NCBI GenBank assembly: GCA_963721455.1
Contig: CAVRJG010000052.1
Coordinates: 162,421 to 226,420 of the forward strand
DNA length: 64,000 nucleotides
DNA from: an uncultured Methanosarcinaceae archaeon
Lineage (GTDB): Archaea > Halobacteriota > Methanosarcinia > Methanosarcinales > Methanosarcinaceae
Reading direction: 5' to 3'
Positions 10,198 to 21,602 of this stretch are shown here, in pieces. The translations under genes and the position numbers were made by a program. The notes below the pieces were generated by a model. It made no database searches and was not told the origin of the DNA. It saw only the letters and a program-made list of their open reading frames with translations. Each line of letters begins with the position of its first letter. Position 1 is the stretch's first letter.

Positions 10198-11445
10198 TCA
10201 ACTCAATGAGCTTTTTTCTCTAATGAGTTGAGCCAAAGATGGCATCTCAAATGTATTGCTCACTCTATCACATATGTACTGATATGCACTTATACTCAGT
10301 TTCTTTGCAGTCTGAACAATCGTCATAAATGTGTCGTTTGCCTTTGTCCCTTCATCTGTTATGGTTTGAAGGCTCACATCTCTTTTTCTAACCTTTGCTC
10401 TCGCCGCTAGTTCCGCTGCATTGTTATGCAGTGGAACTTCTGGTAAAACCAGTACTTTTAACAGATGTCCCTTGTTCTCTTTCGTCTTACCTATTCTTTC
10501 ATCCAACTGTTCATATCCTGTTATAGTCGAAAACAATTGATCAAACTTAATGGATAATTGCTCCGCTACCTCTGAATCTGGTTTTATTCTAAACTCACAA
10601 AGTTCCCCATAAAAGTCCCAGTACCTGTCCAGAAAAGCTTCCAGCTTTTCTTTAAAATAAGGTACTATTGGCCTCAATTTCTTGTAGTTTCTCCCATCAT
10701 GAATCCAACAAAGAGCATGATGTGATGCAATCTGCTTGAATTGACGTGCATCATCACTCAGAAGTGTGGTAACCACAGGTATGTCTGTACTTTGATGATA
10801 TGCCGCAATTGCACAGGCTTCAAGAACTTTCTTCTTAGTAGTTTTATACCCTTTGAGTGAGAAAACACAATCCAGTTTTCGACGCATTTCTTCATCACTG
10901 AATATTTTGTTTTTAAAAGAAGAGAGCTTTTCCATCCAGATTTGGGAAACATTAAACGTTTCCATCAGATCAAATGCTTCATCATTAAAGCAGTACGTTT
11001 TTTCTTTTCCACATAGAAGTATATCTAAAATGGTTTCCCTATTCTTATTGGGAACTGTAAAATAAGCAGCATAATAAGGATTACAAAGAATTTGAGTATA
11101 GTGATTGACACCATTGACTCTTGCACCTGTATCATCAATCTGCTGATAAGGCGTAGCCTTAAGACCCTCAAGAAAAATCTCAGCTTTTTCCTGATGGAAG
11201 ATATCAGTATCTTTTGTCAAAATTCGAGAAATAGTGGCTCTGGATATATGAACACCAATATTTTCCAGAAATTCATGTATTTTGGGCTCTGAAACATTAG
11301 CAACATGGTTAAGAGTGATTATAAGAGATTTGATTCCAGGGCCAAATTCACCTTTGATACCATGTGGCAATTCTCCTGAATATGTTTTATGCTCAGAAGG
11401 AGAATAAAATATCTCTATCCTGTAGTTGGTGTTCACAGGCTTTAT
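10198..11445 (-). pseudogene. IS66-like transposase, 5'-truncated by the adjacent IS1634
   Basis: QIDDTG, LLSDDA, LCWIH and PLHNNAAELAAR motifs; the frame runs up to the IS1634 TIR at 11446. Confidence 0.8.
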
Positions 11446-13372
11446 CAGACTTTCCGCATATCTCGGATTATTATTCAGACATTTTTATTGGAAAACTGTA
11501 AATAATGTAACTCGCTATTGAATTTTTGAATTTTTATGCACATTACTACTAACGCCCTGGACCATCACGGTATAGTTTGTGGAATTTTCGATGAACTTGA
11601 AATTGGAAGTATTATCGATGAAGTGTTTCCCAAAGTTGGGCAGCATAAGTTAGCTCATTCAATAGTGATAAAGGCAATGATTCTTAATTGCCTTGGATTC
11701 ACTGACAGTCGACTTTACCTGTACTCTCAATATTTCGAAAACCTTCCAGTTGAAAGGTTACTTGGTCCTGGAGTTAGTGCATCAGATCTTAATGACGATG
11801 TTTTAGGGCGAACTCTTGATAAGATATACGAAGTAGATCCTACTCAACTGTTCATGAAACTTTCCATGAGAATGATGGAAATTGTGAACCTTAAGGTTAT
11901 ACAACTTCATTGTGATGATACCAATTTCAGCGTTCATGGAGACTATGAACCTGAAGACGGTAGTTCTGCCATAGAACTCACTTATGGTCACGCGAAAGAT
12001 AAGAGATATGATTTGAAGCGTTTTTCAATGGGGATGATTGTAAACCAGTATGGTATGCCATTATTTACACAGGCTTATTCTGGAAATTCATCCGACAAAG
12101 AAACCATAGTAGAAGCCATGAAAAGACTTAAAGAAAACATAGAGTTCCCTGATGATGTTTATTTCATAGCTGATAGCTCTCTGTATTCTGAAGATAATAT
12201 CAAAGCATTAAAAGACATGAAATGGATCACTCGCGTTCCCTCAACTCTGAATCTTTGTAAAGAGCTACTGACTTCTGATCTTGAGTTTAAACAGGGAGAA
12301 GACCCACGCTACTCATTTTATGAAACGATGGTTGAATATGGTGGCATAAAACAAAAATGGATAGTTGTTCACTCTGCCGAGATGCATAAAAGAAAGGAAA
12401 TTACGTTTGAAAAGAAAATAAAAAAGATAGTCAAGGAAGCTCAGAAAGAGCTTAAAGAGCTGAAAAAAATAGAGTTTGCATGTGAAGAGGACGCAAGAAC
12501 AGCCCTGGAAAGATGGAAAAAGGAAAACCCTTACTGTTTGCTGGAAACGGTGGAGACCTCCACAATCTCAAAAAGAGAAAACGGTAAGAAGGGAAGGCCA
12601 AAAAAGGGTGAAAAGCTTGTCATTCATTATGTTGTAGATGCAAAGGCTATCAGAAATGAAGAAATCGTACAGCATGAAAATGAGTATCATGGTAGATTTA
12701 TAATCGGCAGCAGTGACCCCAATCTTGATGCTGACGATATGCTGGAAAAATACAAAAACCAGAGTAAAGTGGAAAAAGGATTCAGGTTCATAAAGGACAA
12801 AAGTTTCAGGGTTTCTGAGGTTTATCTTAAGAAACCCGAAAGAATTGAAGCGTTATCAATGATCATGGTTTTAACTCTGATGGTTTACTCGGTAGCAGAA
12901 TGGAAGCTGAGAGAAAAACTAAAAGAAACAGGGGAATCAATACCGAACCAAGTTAAGAAACAAACTCAAAAGCCGACATTGAAATGGGTTTTCATGCTGA
13001 TGAGGGGGATTACGGAAGTGGAAGTAAAAACGAAATCAAAAACTAAAATTCAAATTACCAACTTGGATGAAATTAAAGAGAAGTTAATAAGGTTGATGGG
13101 AAAGAGTTGTGAAAAATACTATTTTTGAGATGAGGGTATAAGCTCTTTAAATAAAATATTTCAAGGGTTTCAGATAGCACAAGTAGCGGATGCTGTTATA
13201 TAATTCAGGAAATACCAGTTATACAATTATGAAAAATATGGGCATAGTGACAAATTCAGTTTGTGCTGTGTTTAAGAATCAACTAACTTGCCATAACAAA
13301 GGTCAATTATTATTGAACAGTAAAATATGTAATAAAATAATTTTATTTTTGTGGACATTTGCGGAATGTCGG
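11446..13372 (+). mobile_element. IS1634-family insertion sequence
   Basis: Left TIR CAGACTTTCCGCATATCTC; right TIR GACATTTGCGGAATGTCGG; no matching TSD seen. Confidence 0.8.
11536..13128 (+). CDS. IS1634-family transposase (apparently intact, 530 aa)
   Basis: LDHHGIV, LNDDVLGRTLD, YGHAKD.R.DL, IADSSLY, VEKGFRFIK and KPTLKWVF motifs. Confidence 0.92.
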   Translation: MHITTNALDHHGIVCGIFDELEIGSIIDEVFPKVGQHKLAHSIVIKAMILNCLGFTDSRLYLYSQYFENLPVERLLGPGVSASDLNDDVLGRTLDKIYEVDPTQLFMKLSMRMMEIVNLKVIQLHCDDTNFSVHGDYEPEDGSSAIELTYGHAKDKRYDLKRFSMGMIVNQYGMPLFTQAYSGNSSDKETIVEAMKRLKENIEFPDDVYFIADSSLYSEDNIKALKDMKWITRVPSTLNLCKELLTSDLEFKQGEDPRYSFYETMVEYGGIKQKWIVVHSAEMHKRKEITFEKKIKKIVKEAQKELKELKKIEFACEEDARTALERWKKENPYCLLETVETSTISKRENGKKGRPKKGEKLVIHYVVDAKAIRNEEIVQHENEYHGRFIIGSSDPNLDADDMLEKYKNQSKVEKGFRFIKDKSFRVSEVYLKKPERIEALSMIMVLTLMVYSVAEWKLREKLKETGESIPNQVKKQTQKPTLKWVFMLMRGITEVEVKTKSKTKIQITNLDEIKEKLIRLMGKSCEKYYF

Positions 13373-13898
13373 TGATATACACAGGTTCAGGAAAAATTCT
13401 GCGAAATATCGCAGGAACAAGGATCTTCTGTACCTGGAAATGAATAGAACACTTATGAATCCGATTATGTAAATTTTTATTTCTATTATGGGAATTACAT
13501 CTCAATTATAAATAGTCTGCTATTATTATGTAACAGATTTTTAACTGTGTATATTCCTGCACAAATTGTTGTTATTCTTCAAAAATTTCCTTCCTATTCC
13601 TGTCTTTGAATTGCTCTGTTTTTAACTGTTCTGTTATATCCTGATTATTTATTTTTTCTTTTGAGCTGCAGATCAAATTCGGAAAGTCTTGATTTTTCAA
13701 CAGTAGAGGAAAGAATTTAAATCTTTGAGGAAATGTTTTATTGGGGAGAGAAATAAGTCAGTTTTCGTTTTGAATGAATATTGGCTATACGTTACTCATA
13801 TCGCCGTTGTCCGAATTTTTCTTGAATTATTCATTACAGTTTTATTTAAGGATTCATTTAATCTACAGGCGAATTCATCTATAGGTTCATTGAACCTG

Positions 13899-14052
13899 GA
13901 CTTAATTACCATTTAATGTAGACTTAATCACATTTAATGTAGACTTAATTACATTTAATGTAGACTTAATCACATTTAATGTAGACTTAATTACCATTTA
14001 ACTTAGATTTAATCACATTTAATGTAGACTTAATTATCATTCAAGCTGGACT
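13899..14052. repeat. About 7 tandem copies of a 21-22 bp unit GACTTAATYACATTTAATGTA upstream of htpX2
   Basis: Units start at 13899, 13921, 13942, 13963, 13984, 14006 and 14027. Confidence 0.9.
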
Positions 14053-14092
14053 AAACTATAGTTTTATCTATCAAGTGTAGGCGGAATAACAT

Positions 14093-14977
14093 ATGAAAAG
14101 AAAGTGGGATCGGGACTTAGGACTTCAGGGACGGATGCTTCTCACAATGTTTCTTCTGGCAGTAGTTTACATTTCATTCCTGGTATTTCTTTCGTACTAT
14201 GGAACGCCTCCGGTCTTCATGATTTTATTTATTAGTCTTTTCATGGGTATTCAATACTTTTATTCGGACAAGTTGGTTCTCTGGACAATGGGGGCACATG
14301 TAGTCTCAGAAAGTGAAGAACCACAGTTGCATGGGATGATCACCAGGCTCTGCGCAATAGCAGATCTTCCGAAACCGCAGGTGGCAATTGTCAGGACTCA
14401 GGTCCCAAACGCCTTTGCGACAGGCAGGAGCCCGAATAAAGCTGTTGTTGCAGTTACGACAGGGATTATGGATAAACTCTCTCCAGCCGAGCTTGAGGCA
14501 GTGCTTGCCCACGAGCTAAGCCATGTCAAGAACAGGGATATGGCTGTCATGACAATTGCCAGTTTCATCTCAACACTTGCTTTCTACTTTGTCCGTTACA
14601 GCCTTTACTTCGGAAACATGGGAGGAGACAGAAAGAGAGAAGGCGGAGGCATTATGCTTGTCTGGTTGGTTTCAATTGCAGTCTGGGTTGTCAGTTTCCT
14701 GCTGATCCGTGCCCTTTCCCGCTATAGAGAATATTCTGCAGATAGGGGTGCGGCCATCATCACCGGGCAGCCGTCTGATCTTGCGTCTGCTCTTATGAAA
14801 ATAAGCGGGGTTATGGCCAGGGTCCCGAGTGAAGACCTCAGGAAAGTAGAGGGAATGAATGCTTTTTTCATCATTCCTGCAATCTCAGGTTCTTCTATAA
14901 TGGACATCTTTTCCACTCACCCATCTGTGGAAAAAAGAATAGCCAGGCTTGAAAAGATGCAACAGGATATGAGTTAA
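14093..14977 (+). CDS. htpX: Zinc metalloprotease HtpX paralog
   Basis: PNAFATG, AHELSH, SRYREYSAD and STHP motifs. Confidence 0.93.
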   Translation: MKRKWDRDLGLQGRMLLTMFLLAVVYISFLVFLSYYGTPPVFMILFISLFMGIQYFYSDKLVLWTMGAHVVSESEEPQLHGMITRLCAIADLPKPQVAIVRTQVPNAFATGRSPNKAVVAVTTGIMDKLSPAELEAVLAHELSHVKNRDMAVMTIASFISTLAFYFVRYSLYFGNMGGDRKREGGGIMLVWLVSIAVWVVSFLLIRALSRYREYSADRGAAIITGQPSDLASALMKISGVMARVPSEDLRKVEGMNAFFIIPAISGSSIMDIFSTHPSVEKRIARLEKMQQDMS

Positions 14978-15025
14978 AGAATGAAATTAGTTAAAAAAAT
15001 GAAATAAATTAAGGGGATAAGTTAA

Positions 15026-15643
15026 ATGGGTTTCCGGAATTTTATGGATGCGGTCCTCGGGAGGAGCAGCCTTCCGAAAGCAAAAAGCGACAAGCTCTTT
15101 GCAATTTCTACTGCCAGCATTACTCTGGAAAGCAATCTCGGCCTAAAACCATCAGGATCGGCAGGGGTCTGCTTTAAGCCAATAGGGGCTTCAGCCTATG
15201 AATCCGCACGAAAGGAGATTCAGGAGCTTCTGGAGTACAGTTCAAAGGAAACGGAAACCGAATTCAGGCTGGAAAAAGACGAGTTCAACTTCCTGTGGGC
15301 TATTTTTAAAGACCCGGACTTCGAAGACCTTGTTGCAAACATTCACCTGGTAAGCGAAACCCTTGAAGGATATGGTTTTGGCGAGCAGATCCTCTGTGCC
15401 ATTTACAGGTTTGACAGCGAACCCGAAGCCGGAACAACCGGGCGTGAAGGAAAAACCGGCGGCAGAAAAGCAGTTTACTGGATTTATAATTTTAAACAGG
15501 GGACCTATTACCCCTTTATTCCGCTTTCTGGCAAGCAGAGGGACAGCCCCTTCGAATTCAGGCTCAGGGCAGAAATGGAGAGGGAAATGCCTGTAGAAAA
15601 AAATGTGGAAAAATGGTATCCTCTCTGGGGAATTCCGTTCTAA
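15026..15643 (+). CDS. PspA-associated protein PspAB-like
   Basis: LFAISTA, WIYNFKQGTYYPF and EKWYPLWGIPF; typical position directly after htpX. Confidence 0.7.
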   Translation: MGFRNFMDAVLGRSSLPKAKSDKLFAISTASITLESNLGLKPSGSAGVCFKPIGASAYESARKEIQELLEYSSKETETEFRLEKDEFNFLWAIFKDPDFEDLVANIHLVSETLEGYGFGEQILCAIYRFDSEPEAGTTGREGKTGGRKAVYWIYNFKQGTYYPFIPLSGKQRDSPFEFRLRAEMEREMPVEKNVEKWYPLWGIPF

Positions 15644-15731
15644 AAAACTGCCATGCCAGTAAATTAAATTCTTTCAATTCTTAATTGAGTTCATTTTGAT
15701 TGAGTTAAAGTCTAAACCCTCAGCTTTTAAT

Positions 15732-16998
15732 GGCAGTGTACCGAAAGTTCTGTAAAATATGATTGACTCTGTATCCTTTTCTTTTCACCACAAAAAAACA
15801 GGATGCAGAGTCAATGGTTAATTTATTCTCACTTATAAAAGATTATCTTGTCGATCAGGAAGATGGAATTCGCCAGCTAATTACCTGGTTTTTAAACCTT
15901 ATAATGGAGGAGGAAGCCCTCCTCCAAGCTGGCGCACAACGTTATGAGCGGATTGATTCACGTAAAGCCAGTAGAAATGGCTACAAACCCCGAACTCTTC
16001 TGACCAAGCATGGAAAACTTGAATTGTCAAAGCCTCAATTCCGTGAGTTTCCCTTTGAAACCCAGGTTTTTGAGAAATATTCGAGAGTTGAAAAGGCCAT
16101 CTTAACCGCTATAGCGGAATCTTACCTTCAGGGTGTTTCCACCCGAAGGGTGGAAAAGATCATGATCGCTTTAGGAGTAGGTGAAATCTCAGCCTCTTCT
16201 GTTTCCAGGATTACTAAAGAACTGGATGAAAAGGTTGAAGAATTCCTCTCAAAACGAATAGAACATGAAATTCCTTACTTGTTATTGATGCGACTTATTT
16301 CAAGGTAAGAGATGGGCTTCATTATGAAAACAAAGCTCTCTTCGTAGTTGCTGGAATCAGGGATGACGGTTACCGAGAGATACTTGGAACAAGATTGGCA
16401 GACAGTGAAGCTTCTATGTTCTGGGAAGATCTATTCGAGGATCTGAAAGAAAGAGGGTTAAGAGGTGTCAAGTTAATCGTTTCTGATGGTCATAAAGGAA
16501 TACAGAAAGCAGTCAGAGAATCCTTTATTGGATCAAGTTGGCAGATGTGTCATGTACATCTGACAAGACAAGTTCTCAAGAAGGTGCCAAAAAAGAAGCA
16601 GAAAGAAGTGGCTGAGAAGATAAAAGAAGCATTAGTCGACCGTCAGAACTTGAATCACCTGATTAGGGAACTGGACAGTATGGGGTATAAAAGCGCAGCT
16701 GATACCCTTGAAAGTTTTCAATATGATGTAATGAACTATATGCAGTTTCCAGAAAAACACTGGAAAAAAATAAGGACAACAAATATGATGGAAAGGACTA
16801 ACAAGGAACTCAAAAGAAGAAGCAAGGTAGTTGGAGCATTTCCTAACCAGGACTCAGTATTGAGACTTGTAGTCTCAATACTAATTGATATAAATGAAGA
16901 CTGGATCACAGGAAACAAGTATATAGTAATGGAACAGTAATCAAAAAAGAAGACGAAGGGGTAGAGAGTAGATTTTACAGAAAATTAGGCACACTGCC
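15732..16998 (+). mobile_element. IS256-family IS, transposase split by a frameshift near 16280
   Basis: TIRs GGCAGTGTACCGAAAGTTCTGTAAAAT / ATTTTACAGAAAATTAGGCACACTGCC; RNGY, YLQGVSTR, VSDGHKG, WQMCHVH and TTNMMER motifs across two ORFs. Confidence 0.88.
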
Positions 16999-17244
16999 TA
17001 AAATGGTGACTATATATTCCACATTATAACATATACAAATAATTAAATATCCAACGCTCTTAAAACACTTCATAGAAAAAGAGTAATTAAAAAGAGGTGA
17101 AAATTGATATGATGCTTTTTTTCGATTTTAGTCAACTTTTTGCATTTATGATCGAGTATTTTCCATTCGTACTGCAATAACTCAGCTATATCATATCAGG
17201 AACGTGTATTTCACATTTCCTGATACTAATTTTTAAGAGAAATT

Positions 17245-17322
17245 CAGGTTCAAACGTTGATTAATCAGAAGGCAATTGAGGCACCTGGAGAAAAGAAAAA
17301 GCCTTTCTGGAAATTTTGGTAA
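17245..17322 (+). pseudogene. Gene-tail remnant 1 (QVQTLINQKAIEAPGEKKKPFWKFW*)
   Basis: 61 bp identical to 19858-19918; no start codon or upstream frame. Confidence 0.7.
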
Positions 17323-17395
17323 CTTCATTTATCCAGATTTATCCTAAAATAAAAAGTTAAGGAAAAGGTTTTTTCCCAACTTTCAACTTCTGAAA

Positions 17396-19613
17396 TCATT
17401 TTTCCTTATGAATAATTATAGAGCCACCATTAATGGCAGTTGATGGTTCTGAGTCTTCTTCTGTTCCAATCTCATTGTCGTAAATAATATTCTCACTTTC
17501 TTTATCCCATATTTTTATTCTGAACTTATCAACTGCACCATCAACGGCACTCAACATGAATGCGTAGTTTCCTTCGCCATTGATAGTTCCAGTGCCTTTG
17601 TACTTAGCCTGTGATCCAGCAACGACAAGCCAATCATAGCTCTCTGAGTGGAAGTTCAGGTCTGCAACTTTGAACTGGAATTCTGTCTTTCCAGTTGGTA
17701 CTGTAGCACCTTTCTCATACTTAGAAACGAATCCAAATGTTGCTTTGCCTGCCAAGGTATTATCTGGAACATATGCTCCTGCTGGTGAGTTGATCCAGCC
17801 ACCGCCTGTTACAAATCCTCCTTGAGGATCATACACGACAACATAGTCGAGTGCTTTTTTTGTCTCAGATCTGCCTTCAGCATCTGTTATTGTGAAGGTA
17901 ACAGTATAGATCCCTGGTGAATTATACACATGAGACGTTTCAAAATTGGATAAAATTTGAGATTTAGATGTACTTCCATCTCCCCAATTCCATTCAGCAG
18001 TCAATGTGTCCAGATTTCCTAGATATGCAACATCCGCGCTGGTTGTAATAGAGGTGCTTACTGGTATTGGGGCAAGAGGAACTATAATAGAGTTGATAGT
18101 AGGAGCAGGGACTAAAACATTGATTGTAACATCTTTTGAAGCCGCGCTGTATTTTGTAGTATCTGAGGGTACAAAATCAACATGTAGTGTTTGCCCCATA
18201 CCTGCACTCAAGACATTTCCTGCTGCTGGATTGTAAGTAAATGTTCCGGCTACTGGAACTCCACTTACTGGATCAGTTGCAGCTGCATTCAACTGAGTAT
18301 CCCACAATGCTGTTCCAATGGTTATGTCAGCTGGGTTATTCCAGGTAATTGTAGGAGTTTTAAGAGGTTCTGGCAAGACATTTATTTGAACATCCGCTGA
18401 TGATATGTTATAGTTTGCAGTATCTATGGGTGTAAAATCTACATGCAAGATCTGTGTACCTATATCTAGTAAAGTTCCTGAAGGTGGAGTATAGACAAAG
18501 GTACCAGGTACTGAAGCTTCTGCATTAAATTGAGTATTGCTCAGTGCTGTACCATAAATTATGTCAGCAGGTTTACTCCAGATAATTGTAGGAACGATTT
18601 TTTTCTTTAGAAAATTTCTGAATGCGATGATTGCCACAATCAGCAACATATACATTGCCCGACGAATCAACAACAATATCCCTTGGACTATGAAATTGTC
18701 CTTCGCCGTTACCATAAGAACCCCATTTAGTAATAAATGCACCACTACTGTCAAACTTCTGAATGCGATTATTTCCCGTATCGGTCACATAAACATTGCC
18801 AGATGAATCGACAGCAACACCATATGGATAATAAAATTGTCCGTCGCCAATATCATGAGAACCCCATTTGGTAATAAATGCACCATTACTGTCAAACTTT
18901 TGAACGCGATGATAGCCAGTATCAATAACATATACATTGCCAGATGAATCGACAGCAACACCGGATGGCCCAGAAAATTGTCCATCACCACTGCCCTGAG
19001 AACCCCATTTGGTAATAAACATACCACGACTGTTAAACTTCTGAATACGATAATTGGATGTATCGGTCACATAAACATTGCCAGATGAATCGACAGCAAC
19101 ATCATATGGATTAGCAAGTTGTCCGTCGCCACTACCGTAAGAACCCCATTTAGTAATAAACATACCACTACTGTCAAACTTTTGAACGCGACTATTTGGC
19201 CAATCGACAACATATACATTGCCTGGTGAATCGACAGCAATACCATATGGATTAGCAAGTTGTCCGTCGCCGCTACCGAAAGAACCCCATTTGGTAATAA
19301 ACATACCACTATTGTCAAACTTCTGAATACGATGATTGGATGTATCGGTCACATAAACATTGCCAGATGAATCGACAGCAACATCATATGGATTATAAAA
19401 TTGTCCATCACCACTGCCCTGAGAACCCCACTTTGTAACAAAAGTATAATTTTCAGCATGCGTAACAGAAGCGCTCATCAATCCAAGGAAAAATAAAATC
19501 AAAAAAAACAGTATTTTCTTAGAAACATTAACCTGTTGATAATTCGTTTTCAAATCCTCCTTATAGGTTATGATATATTCACTTTTCATCACGTTTCGTT
19601 TCTTCCGTTTCAA
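17396..19613 (-). pseudogene. Secreted NHL-repeat beta-propeller + Ig-like/PKD surface protein, frameshifted at an A7 run (18598-18604)
   Basis: Six NHL repeats (P..VAVDSSGNVYV.D..N.RIQKF); downstream frame has PTITW.NPADI repeats and a PKD motif (WNWGDG); removing one A joins KFSKEK-IVPTIIW. Confidence 0.85.
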
Positions 19614-19794
19614 ACCTCAGTAAATTAATTTTGAATTTAGAATGAAACATAGTTAATAAGTAAAACAGATAATATTTTTCTCTATAAAGAAAATGATTTG
19701 AATAAAAAAGAGCGTTTTTCGAATTATCAACAGAATTTATATTAATTTTAGTTCTTTCAATGATACAGAGCTCTTCAAACTTATCAAACTTGTA

Positions 19795-19935
19795 GATCTC
19801 GAGAAGGCCAGCTAGGACAAAGAGGACCTTAAGCAAATGCATAATAATTATTTCCTGCAGGTTCAAACGTTGATTAATCAGAAGGCAATTGAGGCACCTG
19901 GAGAAAAGAAAAAGCCTTGGTATAAGTTTTGGTAA
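19795..19935 (+). pseudogene. Gene-tail remnant 2 (DLEKAS*DKEDLKQMHNNYFLQVQTLINQKAIEAPGEKKKPWYKFW*)
   Basis: Longest of the three copies; in-frame TAG at 19813. Confidence 0.7.
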
Positions 19936-20051
19936 TATCCGCAAGGTATTAAATTCGCAGCTTCAAGACCTCACAGGCATGGAACCTGCAAACTTCCATG
20001 CCTACAAGAAAAAAATCACCGAAAAAATAAGAGCTTTCCAGGCTTCTTATA

Positions 20052-20546
20052 TCATACTGTTCCTTGAGCAATCTTTGCTAAAGTAGATGCTCTGTTCATA
20101 TGAAGCAACATTGAACTTACAAGTGATTGAATGTTTTTAAGCTCTTCGTTTAGAGCAGTTTCATTATTATTTTTGCTATTATTTGACATATTTAACAAAC
20201 ATTTTCCGTAGGATGTGCTGTCATTGAGTCCCAAAACCCACTCTTTCTGTGCTTCCTGCAAGTCAGGAGATACAGTAAATTGGTTATTTTCGTTTAGTGC
20301 GTTCTGAGAATCATCAATGATATTTTGTCCCGCCATTATAAAGGAGGTATCATTTAAATCATCTGTTAGATCCAGTGCATTGTCCGTATTATTCATATCG
20401 GTGTGTAATAATGCTAAATTGTTATGAAAACTTTCGTTCCATTCAGCATCTTGATAAGCAGTTTTCTCATTGTTTGATCCAGTACACCCAACTGCCAGCA
20501 TTGAAGCAAGCAAAATAAACGAAATAATATAAATATATTTTTTCAA
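20052..20546 (-). CDS. Putative lipoprotein
   Basis: GAGGTGA SD + TTG start; MKKYIYII...LAVGC lipobox-type signal. Confidence 0.75.
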   Translation of the reverse strand: MKKYIYIISFILLASMLAVGCTGSNNEKTAYQDAEWNESFHNNLALLHTDMNNTDNALDLTDDLNDTSFIMAGQNIIDDSQNALNENNQFTVSPDLQEAQKEWVLGLNDSTSYGKCLLNMSNNSKNNNETALNEELKNIQSLVSSMLLHMNRASTLAKIAQGTV

Positions 20547-20680
20547 ATCATCACCTCGAAATATCAAGTTACAACATAGAAATTCCAAGGTTATATATCA
20601 CAATGATTTTATTCAATTTAATATAAAAAAGGGCATTTTTTAGTAAAAAGAGCATAAAATCCGTGTCTTAGCTGAATATT

Positions 20681-20741
20681 TTAATCAGTTAGAAGGCAAT
20701 AGGCACCTGGAGAAAAAAAGAAATGGTGGAAAATTTGGTAA
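20681..20741 (+). pseudogene. Gene-tail remnant 3 (..APGEKKKWWKIW*)
   Basis: Degenerate copy of remnants 1 and 2. Confidence 0.6.
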
Positions 20742-20906
20742 TTATTCTATTTCTTAAAGAGCCCCGCCACTCCGTTGTAAACTGCCATGCCAACGACTAC
20801 AGCCATAACTAACCAAATAAAGTTGTATAAATCTTCATACATCAGATAACATATGGCACACAGATATAATAAGTTAATTAAGTGTGGGAAAAGGTAGAAA
20901 TTAAAT

Positions 20907-21095
20907 TTAATATATGGTCAGTAATCCAAGATTCCGGCCATTATCAGGAATAAAGATCCGGACCATATCACCGTTTAAGAGTTCTGCAGGTATCGCCTTT
21001 GCAGGATCGTAAATAATAATACTCTCAAATGCATTTCCGGGCTTTAGTGTTTCCCTGATCCCGGCTAATTCTTTTCTGATTCGTTGAAGAGTCAT
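20907..21095 (-). CDS. Small hypothetical protein (IPDNGR motif), probably from an integrated element
   Basis: ATG overlaps the stop of a truncated upstream frame (..LEQQEGL*, TAATG coupling). Confidence 0.55.
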   Translation of the reverse strand: MTLQRIRKELAGIRETLKPGNAFESIIIYDPAKAIPAELLNGDMVRIFIPDNGRNLGLLTIY

Positions 21096-21254
21096 TATAG
21101 GCCTTCCTGTTGCTCCAGATCAAACATATATTTTATATTACATTGTGGACCTTCTGGTTTATTTGCGTTCCATGCAGCCCTTAAAAGATTGTGATGTGCT
21201 TGAAGGACAATACCGTCACATGTTAAACCATTCTTTTCTTTTACCTGTGGGTCC

Positions 21255-21485
21255 TTAATCGTTTGGACATGGAACGTCAGTAAACTTTGGTTTTGCTCCT
21301 CTTTTTCCCGCCAAGTACAAATTATTGTTACTATTATATAATCTCAACTCAATATTATGGGAGCACCGGGCATGCAAATAACTCAATTTTTCATTGCCAA
21401 AGTTACACAAAGATTTTTCAATGTTTAACTCATTTATTTTTATGGAGTTGCTCTTCTTTGAGACTCTTGTACCTATCACAAGTCC
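21255..21485 (-). mobile_element. Left-end remnant of an IS1-family element
   Basis: Truncated N-terminus (M)AGKRGAKPKFTDVPCPN resembles Methanosarcina IS1 transposase starts; putative end GGACTTGTGATAGG. Confidence 0.5.
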
Positions 21486-21602
21486 TTTAGATTCGAGAAT
21501 TCAATCCTCTTACTTATCTAAGATATCGACAGAGACCGATTATTTTTAGGGGGTCAAATTCACTTTGATTAAACAAAATTTTATCCAGGTGGGGGTTCAT
21601 AT

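Noticed and set aside
13899-14052. Possible CRISPR array
   Set aside because: The units are contiguous with no unique spacers, and there are no cas genes
19813-19815. In-frame TAG as pyrrolysine readthrough (also the TAG ending ORF 45376-47805)
   Set aside because: The first is in a start-less remnant. The second follows a frameshift, so readthrough would not reach the anchor domain.
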